Of a DNA stretch of 64,000 bases, positions 19,681 to 29,565 are shown one piece after another. Position 1 is the stretch's first letter. Each line of letters opens with the position of its first letter. The stretch lies in the NCBI GenBank assembly GCA_964648855.1, contig CAZYLT010000013.1, positions 4,932 through 68,931 on the forward strand, given 5' to 3'. The notes below the pieces were generated by a model. It did no database searches. It was given only the letters and a program-made list of their open reading frames with translations, and had not been told where the DNA came from. The DNA is from an uncultured archaeon (GTDB taxonomy: Archaea > Asgardarchaeota > Thorarchaeia > Thorarchaeales > Thorarchaeaceae). The position numbers and the translations under genes are program-made.

Positions 19681-20901
19681 ATGATGTTTGCAGCTGAAAG
19701 AGAACTTCATGATAGAATTTACCCGGAATTTCCGGCTTCGGAATATGAAGCAAGGAATAAGAAAGCAAAGGCAAGAATGAAAGAGGTAGGCCTAGACGCC
19801 ATCTTGGTTGCCGAAGGCAAAAACGTGGAATACTTCACGGGATGCATGACAACCATTGGACCGCGAGTTGGAATCATTCCAGCTGAGGGAGAACCCCTTC
19901 TTTTGATTCCCGCTTATCTTAGTGGAACAGCCGAGAAAACGTCCTGGGCCCGCAATATCCGCCGTTATGCAGAGGCGCACTTGAAGAAGGATACCATGGG
20001 ATTTGCGAATTATATCATAGACTCCCTTGGTAAGATGGGGCTAAGCAATGCAAAGATAGGGCTGGAATATCCAGAAGACCAGCAATTCATGGATAGTGGA
20101 TTACATTTCACAGAGTTTGAGTATCTTAGGAAAAAGGCAGCTGACGTAGAATTCGTAAGTGGTTCGGATGTAATATGGACATGTAGAACTGTCAAGTCTG
20201 ACTTGGAAATTGACCGGCTTGAGAAGGCGGCCACCATTGCCATGAAAGGGTACAATACTGCACGCGAACAAGTGAAAAAAGGTATGACCGAAATTGAGAT
20301 AGCAGAGATTTACCGGTCCACTTTCGTAGAAGCACAAGCTAAGCTAGGGCACAATACAAGCGAGCTTGGTTACATGAATATTCGTGCCGGACCAGAACGA
20401 TACGCCATGGCAGATACCTTCAACCAAGATCGAAAGATAGGTAACGATGAAACATTAGTCATGAACTGTGGAGCTTGGTTCCGTAGATACTATTCTAATT
20501 TCTCAAGATATGCCTTTGTCGGTAAACCCTCAAAGAAACGGGTAAAGGCACATGAAGCAGTGGTAGAATCAATCCAAGCCTTTTCTGACCATCTTGCCCC
20601 TGGAGAGAGAGCTGGTGATGTACATGAAAAAGCGATTGCCCCACTCAAGAAGAGTGGTACCGGAGAGACCTTCGATCATACCGGTATAGGTGTGGGTCTC
20701 TACATCCATGAACCACCATATGTTGGGGCAAATAGAGAGGAAATACTTGAGCCAGGAAACATCTTCAGTTTCCAGTCATGGGTATATGATGTGGGAGAGG
20801 GAGGAATGGGGGTTCTTGGATACGAGCACGAATTTCTGGTGACTGATAAGGGATCAAGACCCATAGTTCCTCTAGAAGACGAATTGTTGTGGATTATCTA
20901 G
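19681..20901 (+). CDS. M24 family metallopeptidase (Xaa-Pro dipeptidase/creatinase-like)
   Basis: Creatinase-like N-domain plus pita-bread C-domain with HTGIGVGLYIHEPPYV and metal ligand pattern. Confidence 0.8.
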   Translation: MMFAAERELHDRIYPEFPASEYEARNKKAKARMKEVGLDAILVAEGKNVEYFTGCMTTIGPRVGIIPAEGEPLLLIPAYLSGTAEKTSWARNIRRYAEAHLKKDTMGFANYIIDSLGKMGLSNAKIGLEYPEDQQFMDSGLHFTEFEYLRKKAADVEFVSGSDVIWTCRTVKSDLEIDRLEKAATIAMKGYNTAREQVKKGMTEIEIAEIYRSTFVEAQAKLGHNTSELGYMNIRAGPERYAMADTFNQDRKIGNDETLVMNCGAWFRRYYSNFSRYAFVGKPSKKRVKAHEAVVESIQAFSDHLAPGERAGDVHEKAIAPLKKSGTGETFDHTGIGVGLYIHEPPYVGANREEILEPGNIFSFQSWVYDVGEGGMGVLGYEHEFLVTDKGSRPIVPLEDELLWII

Positions 20902-20911
20902 TGCGAGATTT

Positions 20912-21361
20912 GTGGATGATATAACCAAAGGAGAAAAGGAAATGAAGGAAATCACTCTAGGCTTCAAGAATCACGACGGAGAAGCCACAGCTGTTCTTCT
21001 GGAAAAGCAGGCACAAATGACTTGTGATACATTTTGGAAAGAGCTGCCGATTGAGCACGAGGCAGTACACTCATCCTGGTCAGGTGAATGCATCTTGGTA
21101 GTACCCTGCGGTGTTGAAATTCCTGAGGAGAGTAGAGGTGAAAATGAAACGATATTTGTGGGCCCTGGAGAGATTGCCCTCTTCACGCCAGTACAGGAAC
21201 TCTTGGTTTTCTATGGGAGAGGTCAGCCTCGATGGAGGAGTGGTCCCACACCATCCACAGTATTTGCCCGAATCACTGAGGGCCTGCAGGATTTAGCCTC
21301 CATTTGCCAGACAATGCCAAAGGAAGGATCAAAGACCATAGTTATCAGAAGGAAGGAATAA
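20912..21361 (+). CDS. hypothetical protein (149 aa)
   Basis: Last gene of the livGF-M24 operon; no confident family assignment. Confidence 0.35.
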   Translation: MDDITKGEKEMKEITLGFKNHDGEATAVLLEKQAQMTCDTFWKELPIEHEAVHSSWSGECILVVPCGVEIPEESRGENETIFVGPGEIALFTPVQELLVFYGRGQPRWRSGPTPSTVFARITEGLQDLASICQTMPKEGSKTIVIRRKE

Positions 21362-22313
21362 TCTCCTTTTCGAATGTTTTGATCATATCCATGCAATCAG
21401 AGGCTCGTTTTGGTGATAATGCCACGAGTTCATCAACTTCTGAGTCTATCGCAGCAATTTGCTCCTTGCAACTGTCTATGTCACCCGCAATGGCAAAATC
21501 CGTGACCAATCGGTCTGGCACAAGCTTGGGAGCTTTTGATCTGTCAATGTTCAGCATCTCACGGATTTTTTGTGCTGCTTCGGTCGCGTCAATCATATCC
21601 AGTGCCCAATTAGGAGTGGTTGGGATGAGTAGGGCTACCGTGGGTTTGACTGACTCATAGTTACCATCCTCTGAGATGCCAACAGGGAGGAATTCAATAA
21701 CCTCGAAATCAGACCTACCGGATTTGTCCATACCTTCTTGCACTTTGTCGAGATATGTAGATAACGCGGCAATTGGGGGATTAAGAATAATACCGTCAGC
21801 ATATTCCCCAGCCAGCTTGGAGAGTGTTGGACCTCTAGTCCCGATGTATATTGGAATATCATATTTATCGAATAGCTGAGTATTCCTGAGGCTCACAACT
21901 TTTCCTTCATAGTCTACCTTTTCTCCATTGAAAAATTTCCGGAGTATCTTAATGGATTCTCTCAACGCGGTGACTGGTTTATTCCACATCTCTATTTCGA
22001 GTGGTTTTAGCGGCAATGTTCCACCTGCCCCGATACCAAGAACAAATCTCTCGCCAAGCAGCTCTGCCATAGAGGCATACATGACAGCTGTGATACCAAC
22101 GTGACGTGAGTACGGATTTGCCACACCACAACCAAGCCTAATGTACTCCGTATTTAACCCAATAGCTGTCATTGAAACAAATGGATCTCGCCATTGAGCT
22201 GCCGGTACGTGGTCAGCAATCCATACGGTGTTGAAGCCGGCGTCTTCGGCTGCTTTCGCGATTCTCACAATATCCTTCATATTTTGACTTCCAATCTCAA
22301 TTCCGAATTTCAT
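21345..22313 (-). CDS. LLM-class (luciferase-like) F420-dependent oxidoreductase (Mer-like)
   Basis: N-terminus MKFGIEIGSQ...AEDAGFNTVWIADHV typical of the bacterial luciferase/F420 oxidoreductase TIM-barrel family. Confidence 0.7.
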   Translation of the reverse strand: MKFGIEIGSQNMKDIVRIAKAAEDAGFNTVWIADHVPAAQWRDPFVSMTAIGLNTEYIRLGCGVANPYSRHVGITAVMYASMAELLGERFVLGIGAGGTLPLKPLEIEMWNKPVTALRESIKILRKFFNGEKVDYEGKVVSLRNTQLFDKYDIPIYIGTRGPTLSKLAGEYADGIILNPPIAALSTYLDKVQEGMDKSGRSDFEVIEFLPVGISEDGNYESVKPTVALLIPTTPNWALDMIDATEAAQKIREMLNIDRSKAPKLVPDRLVTDFAIAGDIDSCKEQIAAIDSEVDELVALSPKRASDCMDMIKTFEKEIIPSF

Positions 22314-22411
22314 TCGAAAAACTCCATTTGTTTCTGTATGATTATGAATACTCTTTGACTCATCTTGTGTTTACCATAACTCATATATTATTCCATTGTT
22401 TCCATTACAAC

Positions 22412-22900
22412 ATGCAAAAGACATTGGTCATCCAACCTGAGAAATGTGTTGGCTGTAGATTGTGTGAAACCTGGTGTTCATACACTCACGAGGGGCAAGT
22501 CACACCAGCCAGATCGAGAATCCACGTCATCAAATGGGATGAGAAGGGACTGGATATCCCGATGACCTGCCAGCAATGTGACGTGCCTGTTTGTGCCAAG
22601 GTCTGCCCAGTCAAAGCAATCACCAAGGACGAGGAAACTGGACTGGTTTCTGTAAATGAAGAAAAGTGCATTGGTTGTGGGCTTTGCGTCCTTGCGTGCC
22701 CATTCGGAGGTTGTGCCCTTGACCCAGTGACTCATCGCGTGTTCAAGTGTGACCTTTGCGGCGGCGAGCCTCAATGTGTGCTGAGATGCCCAAGAGACGC
22801 CATAAAATTTGTGGATAAGTCAAAGGTGGCATTGAGGAAGAAGAGGGCATCAGCTGAGAATCTCAAAGAGCTCATAGAAAAAGTTGCAGGCACAAGCTAG
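22412..22900 (+). CDS. 4Fe-4S cluster ferredoxin-domain protein (HdrC-like)
   Basis: Several CxxCxxCxxxCP motifs (CVGCRLCETWC, CQQCDVPVCAKVCP, CIGCGLCVLACP, CDLCGG...CVLRCP). Start moved to ATG 22412; the 22328 extension lacks support. Confidence 0.75.
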   Translation: MQKTLVIQPEKCVGCRLCETWCSYTHEGQVTPARSRIHVIKWDEKGLDIPMTCQQCDVPVCAKVCPVKAITKDEETGLVSVNEEKCIGCGLCVLACPFGGCALDPVTHRVFKCDLCGGEPQCVLRCPRDAIKFVDKSKVALRKKRASAENLKELIEKVAGTS

Positions 22901-22926
22901 GTCATTTTGGGATTGTCGCTTGATTT

Positions 22927-23829
22927 TCATTCTTCGAGCAATTCTTCACTCAAGAGTAGATTAGACGGGTCAACTTTGTGCACGTCAAATCCGATATCAT
23001 CCCAATCATAATCCATTGTGAAAGCCAGCAGTTCGGGATACAGAAAAACGGGCACCATGGAATCCTCATCCAAGAGGTCAATCCAAGTGAGGATTTCCTG
23101 AGTCTTGTCAAGTTGTGAAAAGCAGCTTGCACAGATTACGACAATACAGTCAGCGCCCGCCTGCACAATATCGTTGAATTTCCTGCTTGTTGTATTTAAT
23201 ACATAATCCCTGTCAACAGAATTGGCGAAAACCAAACAACACTCTGTTGCAGAGGGGTATTCAACAATCTCAGCGCCTAATGCTTTGCAGAGGCCCTCCA
23301 AGATCGTAGGATTCGTTGAATCATCAATTCGTTCTAATTCGTCAAATGCATGACAGCCGTAATGAATAGCCACCTTTAGGCCGTCCATGGGTTTTTTGAT
23401 ACGCGACTTGATTTGGTCTATTCCAATATCCTCGTATAATATCCGCATTAGGCTCTTCACTTCAATAGAGCCCTCAAAATGCCTTCCAACCTCACCAAGA
23501 GCAGCATTTACCTGTTCAAGAGTTTCATCATCGGATTTTAATTTGGAATTTGTACGTTCCAGTGTCATTGTACAACCCGGACAGGGAGATAGGATGTCCA
23601 AGCCTTTCTCTTCAGCGAGCGTAATATTCCTTGCACCAATAGTGAAGTACGCCAAATCATCCAGAATATCAAAACTCATGGGCGCGGGACAACAGGTCAT
23701 GTCTTCGAGATATTCCACCTCAATATCGAAATCCTTCAGAACCTTGAGGACTAGTTTCTCATACTCCGGAAATCCTGATGGAATGCTGCAACCAGGGAAA
23801 AATGCGTATTGCGTCAAACTGTCGGTCAC
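22927..23829 (-). CDS. CCG-domain iron-sulfur protein, heterodisulfide reductase subunit B-like (HdrB/GlpC/LutA-like)
   Basis: Two Cys-rich CCG-type domains (FFPGCSIPSGFPEYE...MTCCPAP; HYGCHAF...TECCLVFAN, CASCFSQLD). Confidence 0.7.
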   Translation of the reverse strand: MTDSLTQYAFFPGCSIPSGFPEYEKLVLKVLKDFDIEVEYLEDMTCCPAPMSFDILDDLAYFTIGARNITLAEEKGLDILSPCPGCTMTLERTNSKLKSDDETLEQVNAALGEVGRHFEGSIEVKSLMRILYEDIGIDQIKSRIKKPMDGLKVAIHYGCHAFDELERIDDSTNPTILEGLCKALGAEIVEYPSATECCLVFANSVDRDYVLNTTSRKFNDIVQAGADCIVVICASCFSQLDKTQEILTWIDLLDEDSMVPVFLYPELLAFTMDYDWDDIGFDVHKVDPSNLLLSEELLEE

Positions 23830-24158
23830 CTTAGGCCAAGTCTTTTCGCAAGCTTCTTGACTTCTGTAACATCAATACTAAATTCCGGCAGGCCCAATTC
23901 CTTTCTGCGATTGAGTTGGCGCTTTGGAACAGGAATTGCTGTTCCCTCCTCAATGATACTATCGCACATGCTTTGAAAATGAGCAAGAAAAGCACTGGTT
24001 GTATCGGCCTCCATTACCTCAGCGTAGATAGAAGTAGCAAGGCCATCGAACTCTGCGTCATCCCTAAGAGCCCTTAAGCGCTGATAGATCTTTTTCTTGG
24101 TGTACAGTGTGTTCCACCTTGGCTCCCGCTTACCGGCTTTGCATATTAATCCCTTCAT
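23826..24158 (-). CDS. hypothetical protein (110 aa) translationally coupled to HdrB-like gene
   Basis: 4-nt overlap with the downstream HdrB-like ORF; no motif recognised. Confidence 0.4.
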   Translation of the reverse strand: MKGLICKAGKREPRWNTLYTKKKIYQRLRALRDDAEFDGLATSIYAEVMEADTTSAFLAHFQSMCDSIIEEGTAIPVPKRQLNRRKELGLPEFSIDVTEVKKLAKRLGLR

Positions 24159-24182
24159 GTTGCAATAGATTCTCCTTTGTTA

Positions 24183-25091
24183 TTATATTCCCATGATTGC
24201 TAGTGTCACTCCTAAGGCTGTGAAAAGCGTACCAACAATTGCCTTCCAAGTTACACGTTCTCGAAGATGTGAAATGGACAGAGGAAGGGCGAAGATAGGT
24301 GCGGTGGAACTAATCACAGAAGAGATAGTAGCCCCAGCATATTTGATGGAGGTAACAAAGAAGAGGGAACCGAGAGCAAATCCAAAGAAGCTTGCAAAGA
24401 GAATTGTCTTGGTCACCCGTCTTGATGGAAGCTCCATTCCCTGAGCTCGAGCACCTATCAGAAGAGGTGTCATAAGTAAAGAACCAAAGAACATTCGAAC
24501 AAGATTGCCATCTATGGGATCAACATTTGCTATGCCCACCTGAATGAGTATGGTGGCAATTGCTAGCATTATCGACGTCAAGAACGCCAGCGCCACTCCC
24601 GTCATATCCAGTTTTTCTATCATCCCAAATTCATCCATAGGATTAGCACTTTCGTTTTGGAAGACTAGGATTATGCCAACAACTGCTAGAATTACCCCCA
24701 AAAAGCGAGTTACAAAAAATGCCTCTCCCAATACCAAAATCGAGAGGATGTAGGTGGCTACTGGGTAGGTGTGTGCTATAGGAAATGCTACCGAGACCCC
24801 AACTCTGTTTTGGCTATTGAGATATGCTAGGTCACCAAGTCCAGCGCCAAATACAACTGAGATAGCCAATATGAAAATGGTATCCAGAGGCATCGAGCCA
24901 GATGCTACTCGAAAAGGAAGGAATGCTACTAGGCCCATAAATCCCAGTCCGACCCAGACCTTGATTGTATTTGCCGCAGTTGGAGAGATGCCATCCTTAT
25001 GGGACTTGAAGATTACATTTTGGATGGCAAAGAGCAAGGAAGATATCAAGCCAAAGGCAACTCCTACAAAGACATCGATAATAGTTTGCAT
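24183..25091 (-). CDS. EamA/DMT superfamily transporter
   Basis: 302 aa polytopic membrane protein with duplicated EamA-like halves. Confidence 0.6.
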   Translation of the reverse strand: MQTIIDVFVGVAFGLISSLLFAIQNVIFKSHKDGISPTAANTIKVWVGLGFMGLVAFLPFRVASGSMPLDTIFILAISVVFGAGLGDLAYLNSQNRVGVSVAFPIAHTYPVATYILSILVLGEAFFVTRFLGVILAVVGIILVFQNESANPMDEFGMIEKLDMTGVALAFLTSIMLAIATILIQVGIANVDPIDGNLVRMFFGSLLMTPLLIGARAQGMELPSRRVTKTILFASFFGFALGSLFFVTSIKYAGATISSVISSTAPIFALPLSISHLRERVTWKAIVGTLFTALGVTLAIMGI

Positions 25092-25334
25092 CGGTTGAAC
25101 CTGTCATTTCTTATGCTAGGAGATAGACTTGAGGTATCCATGTTCGCGCTGTGCTATCGAATAACAGCGAGAGTTGCTTTATGCTCGAAAGTTGATGGCA
25201 ACCAGCAACAACTAGCCATTGTTTGAATATCTTCCAGCTTCTCTGCCACCCATATAGATGGCATACGCATATTAAAGTCATTCTATGAAATCCATCCAAT
25301 TTTTATACTGGTGCCCCATTCACGTCTTTAGGAG

Positions 25335-26252
25335 ATGCATGTGTCCGAGAATGTGCAGAACTATCTGACATTGATTCTTGCTATGTTTCTTTGGGGAGCC
25401 AGTTGGGTTTCCGTCAAGATATTGGTTTCAATAGCACCAATAATGACTATCGGATTCTGTAGATACAGCATTGCAGGTCTATTGTTTCTCATCTTGTTGA
25501 AGTATCAGGGCAGATCTGTGAGATCCATCTTCTCCCAAGAAACAAATCGGAACCTTGTATTTGCAGGTCTCACAGGGATCCTTGGATTTATGGTTTTTAG
25601 CCTGATTGGAACACAATTCACGACAGCGGGGCAAGCTTCAATTATTGCGGGGTTGAACCCGATTACAGTGAGTGTTTTCGCCTATCTCATCCATAATGAG
25701 TCACCTGGCAAACGGTGGCAATACTCAGGATTTGTTCTGTCATTCATTGGCATTATCTTCGTCATAGGAATACAATCCCTTATTGACTTCAATCCTGACT
25801 ATCTCCTTGGAAATAGCATTATTGTGCTCTCCATGATTTGTTGGGGCATTTATTCATCTGTTGGGAAGTCCTTGATGGGCAAGCTGTCTCCGGTTGAGCT
25901 TACTGCAGGAAGCGTGTTTGTTGGCTGGACAATATTTGCAGTTGGGGCATTATTGGAATTACCAGCAGCGATTAATGCGCTCTTGTTGCCGGGTTTCTGG
26001 ATTAATGTGGGATTTCTAGGAGCATTATCGGCCTTCCTTGGATTCGTCTTCTATTTTCAGGGAATACAGCGAGTCGGAGCAACTCGAGCTGGAATGTTCA
26101 TTAGTCTAGTTCCCGTCTTTGGTACCATCACTGCAGTCCTGCTTTTGGAAGAGCCGATCTATTGGACGTTTTTGGTTGGTCTGGCACTAGTTGTGACTGG
26201 AATTCTCATTCTAAATGCACCAGTTGATGAAGATGCAGAGAAGCCCACTTAG
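25335..26252 (+). CDS. EamA/DMT superfamily transporter
   Basis: 305 aa, 10 TM pattern; divergent from the previous EamA gene. Confidence 0.65.
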   Translation: MHVSENVQNYLTLILAMFLWGASWVSVKILVSIAPIMTIGFCRYSIAGLLFLILLKYQGRSVRSIFSQETNRNLVFAGLTGILGFMVFSLIGTQFTTAGQASIIAGLNPITVSVFAYLIHNESPGKRWQYSGFVLSFIGIIFVIGIQSLIDFNPDYLLGNSIIVLSMICWGIYSSVGKSLMGKLSPVELTAGSVFVGWTIFAVGALLELPAAINALLLPGFWINVGFLGALSAFLGFVFYFQGIQRVGATRAGMFISLVPVFGTITAVLLLEEPIYWTFLVGLALVVTGILILNAPVDEDAEKPT

Positions 26253-26283
26253 TCTCCGCCGTATTGGCATACGTCTTTCATGC

Positions 26284-26952
26284 TTAGGATTCTTGAGTTT
26301 CGTTCTTAGCCAGAGTTCCGGGGTTCTTGACTCGAGGCAAGCAAACAAACTCGCGTATTTCCAGATCAAAGAAATTATTCATATGAGATGGTCTAATTAC
26401 AACAGCGGTGTCGGCACCACCAGCATATCCAGCTATGCACATGACTTCAATATCAGGACCACAAGGAATGTAACCACTGTCGGCTGCCATGATGATAATT
26501 TCTACGCAAACTTTCACGCCCACCCCAACTAGCCTACGAATGGCTTCGGCAATTGCTTCAACACGAGAAACTCCGCCCAGCCGCTTTGAAATAGACCTTT
26601 CTACTCCAGAAAGAATGTGTGATTGGGTCATGACCTTTATCCCCAAATCATTGAGGCGGGACAAATGCTTCTTCTCCATGAACCATTCGCCCTCATCTCG
26701 GTATCCATAATGTTCTGACACAACGACTACTTCTATATCCGTATCACGGAATGCCTCCGCCGCGAGAACACCAGTTCGGCCCTTTGTGCTGGCAACCACG
26801 ACATGTCTGACTCCGAGTTCAAGGGCTCTCTCTTTTGCCAGCTCGATTGTTTTTTCTGTATTGGCTTTGCCAGGCTTTTGGAAATATACAATTTCTTTTG
26901 CTTCATATATGCATTCATTACCCATTTTGAAGTCCCATCTCTTTTTGCTCAT
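26284..26952 (-). CDS. pyruvate kinase C-terminal (alpha/beta) domain-like protein
   Basis: 222 aa; Rossmann-like pattern [19 protein letters not shown]...DIEVVVV resembling the stand-alone PK_C-like family. Confidence 0.45.
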   Translation of the reverse strand: MSKKRWDFKMGNECIYEAKEIVYFQKPGKANTEKTIELAKERALELGVRHVVVASTKGRTGVLAAEAFRDTDIEVVVVSEHYGYRDEGEWFMEKKHLSRLNDLGIKVMTQSHILSGVERSISKRLGGVSRVEAIAEAIRRLVGVGVKVCVEIIIMAADSGYIPCGPDIEVMCIAGYAGGADTAVVIRPSHMNNFFDLEIREFVCLPRVKNPGTLAKNETQES

Positions 26953-27004
26953 TAAGCTGCATATATTTCAATATGTAGCCAACCTTTTTAGATGGTATGC
27001 AACT

Positions 27005-27490
27005 ATGGCTCAGTGCTATAAAAAGGAGCTCTTTAACTTGATTGGGAAATTTGACCATGTTGGTATTGTCGTAAGAGATGTAGAAAAAGCAGTTGAGTTC
27101 TATTCCAACGTATTGGGATGGAAACTTCCCGAAGAAGGACCATATTCGGAGATATTATCGATTGATGTGCCAGGGGAGAAGATCAGATATGCGATGCTCT
27201 CTTCGGGAGGCACATATCTGGAGCTCATAGAACCACAAGAAGGGACATGGCTGGAGTTTCTTGAAGAGAAAGGGGAAGGGGCAATCTGCGAGCTATGTGT
27301 TCTAGTTGATGATATAGAGGAAGCAAGAGAGAGCTTTGAGAATCAAGGTATCACGCCCATGGATAGATTCAGACAGCCTCTCGAAGGCGAAATCATGAGC
27401 GCTCCTTCTGGTTCCAAGTATTTCTATCTGCCAATGGAAGAAACATCAGGAACATGGATTGAGATTCTACAACGGGCATGGAAGGAGTAA
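27005..27490 (+). CDS. VOC family protein (glyoxalase/methylmalonyl-CoA epimerase-like)
   Basis: FDHVGIVVRDVEKAVEFYSNVLGW motif. Start set to ATG 27005, because the 26786 extension overlaps the upstream gene on the other strand. Confidence 0.65.
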   Translation: MAQCYKKELFNLIGKFDHVGIVVRDVEKAVEFYSNVLGWKLPEEGPYSEILSIDVPGEKIRYAMLSSGGTYLELIEPQEGTWLEFLEEKGEGAICELCVLVDDIEEARESFENQGITPMDRFRQPLEGEIMSAPSGSKYFYLPMEETSGTWIEILQRAWKE

Positions 27491-28506
27491 GTAGCAATCA
27501 TGATTGCCGTGACGAAATGAAACTGGAGATGAAACACGTGAATACGTCTAACGAGAAATTGGTCGAGTTGTATACTAAGACCTTGAAGGTGCGCCTCTTT
27601 GAACAGAAAGTATGGGACCTGTTTTCAGAGAATCTCATTCCTGGTACAGTACACCTCTATTTAGGACAAGAAGCTGTTGCAGCTGGTGTCTGTTGTGCCC
27701 TTGAAGAAGATGATTGGGTACAGAGTACGCATCGAGGACATGGTCATATAATTGCCAAAGGTGCAGATACCAAGGCGGCAATGGCTGAATTGCTTGGGAA
27801 AGTCACCGGGTCCTGCAAAGGAAAGGGGGGATCGATGCACATAACCGAGTTCTCAGCTGGAGTCTTGGGAGCAACTGGTGTTGTGTCATCTGGCCTACCA
27901 ATTGCCGTAGGAGCTGCCCTCTCTGCGCAGATGCGTGGAACAGAAGAAGTAGTAGCATGTTTCTTTGGAGATGGTGCCTCAAATAATGGAACATTTGGAG
28001 AATCACTCAATATGTCCAGCATATGGAACTTGCCGGTCATCTGGGTGGTCGAAAACAATCTATATGCTATGGGAACGCCCATCAAAATAGCCTGCCCCAG
28101 CAAAGATATTGCAATCAGAGCGAACGGATATTGTATCCCATCTGAGGTAGTTGATGGAAACAATGCTGTTGAAGTATACGAGGCAACAGTAAAGGCTGTT
28201 TCACGGGCAAGAAATGGAGAAGGCCCGACTCTCATTGAATGCAAGACCTATCGTCATAAAGGTCACTCCCGATTTGATTCAGCAAAATACCGTCCCAAAG
28301 AGGAAGAGGATGAGTGGTTAAAGCGGGATGCAGTGGAAATCATTCAATCCGTCGCTATCAATAATGGGGCCCTGACAGAAGAATCAGCTGCTGCGATTAG
28401 ACACCAGCTTCAGATAGAAATGAATGAGGCTGCTGAATATGCAAAGGACTCGGACTATCCAAGACCTGAAGTTGCGTTGGATGATGTCTTCACGGTGGTG
28501 AGCTAA
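27478..28506 (+). CDS. thiamine-diphosphate-dependent 2-oxoacid (pyruvate/acetoin/branched-chain) dehydrogenase E1 component alpha subunit
   Basis: TPP-binding GDGA...NN motif (FFGDGASNNGTFGESLNMSSIWNLPVIWVVENNLYAMGT), YRHKGHS phosphorylation-loop-like region. Confidence 0.85.
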   Translation: MEGVSSNHDCRDEMKLEMKHVNTSNEKLVELYTKTLKVRLFEQKVWDLFSENLIPGTVHLYLGQEAVAAGVCCALEEDDWVQSTHRGHGHIIAKGADTKAAMAELLGKVTGSCKGKGGSMHITEFSAGVLGATGVVSSGLPIAVGAALSAQMRGTEEVVACFFGDGASNNGTFGESLNMSSIWNLPVIWVVENNLYAMGTPIKIACPSKDIAIRANGYCIPSEVVDGNNAVEVYEATVKAVSRARNGEGPTLIECKTYRHKGHSRFDSAKYRPKEEEDEWLKRDAVEIIQSVAINNGALTEESAAAIRHQLQIEMNEAAEYAKDSDYPRPEVALDDVFTVVS

Positions 28507-29480
28507 TGCCCGAGATGACATATAGAGAAGCACTAAATTCAGGCTTAAGAGAGGAAATGCTGAGAGATGAGAGTGTCTTTTTGATTGGAGAAGACATCGG
28601 AAAAAACTGGGGAGGAGCGTTTCAGGTAACAAAGGGATTAGCTGAAGAATTTGGTGATGCAAGAGTAAGAGACACTCCCATCTCCGAGAATTCCTTTGTT
28701 GGTGCCTGTGTGGGGGCTGCTATTACTGGAATGCGGCCGGTAGCTGAGATAATGTTTGGCGATCTCATCACTCTCGCCATGGACCAGGCCTGCAATCAGG
28801 CAGCAAAGATGCGTTACATGTTCGGCGGGCAGACCTCTGTCCCCATGGTTGTACGTACAGTCTTTGGTGAATTCAAGAATATGGCTGCTCAGCACTCGCA
28901 ATCCCTAGAGGCCTGGTTCATGCACACGCCCGGGCTCAAGATTGCAGTTCCCGCATTTGCCTACGACGCAAAGGGTCTGATTAAGGCTGCAATTAGAGAC
29001 CCCGACCCAGTCATGTTCTTTGAGCACAAGATGCTGTATGATAAGAAGGATGAAGTCCCCGATGAGGATTATGTAGTGAAATTTGGTGAAGCGGAAGTGA
29101 AACGAGAAGGAGCAGATGTTACAGTCTGGTCTACGCACTTCATGCTACATAAGGTATTGGAAGTCGCGGATGAACTTGCAGGAAAGGGGGTCAGTGTGGA
29201 GGTAATCGACCCTCGAACTCTTGTCCCACTAGATGAGGAAACTCTCATCAATTCAGTGAAGAAAACGGGTAGACTTGTTGTGGCTACTGAGGAGAATAAG
29301 ACGGGCGCTACCACAGCGGAGATTGCCGCCACAGTACAGGAAAAGGCATTTGATTGGTTGGATGCTCCTATTATTCGCGTTAATGCACCCGACACGCCCG
29401 TGCCATTCAGTCCACCTCTAGAGCAATTCTATGTTCCCTCCAAGGAGCAAATCGCCAAAGCCATAACTAGTATTATATGA
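28506..29480 (+). CDS. 2-oxoacid dehydrogenase E1 component beta subunit
   Basis: MTYREALNSGLREEM...FLIGEDIG, transketolase-like pyrimidine-binding and C-terminal domains; start overlaps E1alpha stop. Confidence 0.9.
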   Translation: MPEMTYREALNSGLREEMLRDESVFLIGEDIGKNWGGAFQVTKGLAEEFGDARVRDTPISENSFVGACVGAAITGMRPVAEIMFGDLITLAMDQACNQAAKMRYMFGGQTSVPMVVRTVFGEFKNMAAQHSQSLEAWFMHTPGLKIAVPAFAYDAKGLIKAAIRDPDPVMFFEHKMLYDKKDEVPDEDYVVKFGEAEVKREGADVTVWSTHFMLHKVLEVADELAGKGVSVEVIDPRTLVPLDEETLINSVKKTGRLVVATEENKTGATTAEIAATVQEKAFDWLDAPIIRVNAPDTPVPFSPPLEQFYVPSKEQIAKAITSII

Positions 29481-29565
29481 CTTGCATATTCTGCAACCCA
29501 GAATAGCAGCACATAAACTGCCCAAGCAAAGACATTAAAACCACTAGACCACTGACAGGTTACTG

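Noticed and set aside
21304-21660. 118-aa + strand ORF
   Set aside because: Antisense to the LLM oxidoreductase 3' region; Ser/Ala-rich.
22328-22411. N-terminal extension of the ferredoxin ORF
   Set aside because: The extension is hydrophobic/His-rich nonsense upstream of a clean MQKTLVIQPEKCVGC start; start moved to ATG 22412.
26786-27004. N-terminal extension of the VOC-family ORF
   Set aside because: Overlaps the 3' part of the opposite-strand PK_C-like gene; the VOC motif begins right after Met at 27005.
27744-28244. 166-aa minus-strand ORF inside E1alpha
   Set aside because: Antisense to a strongly motif-supported gene.
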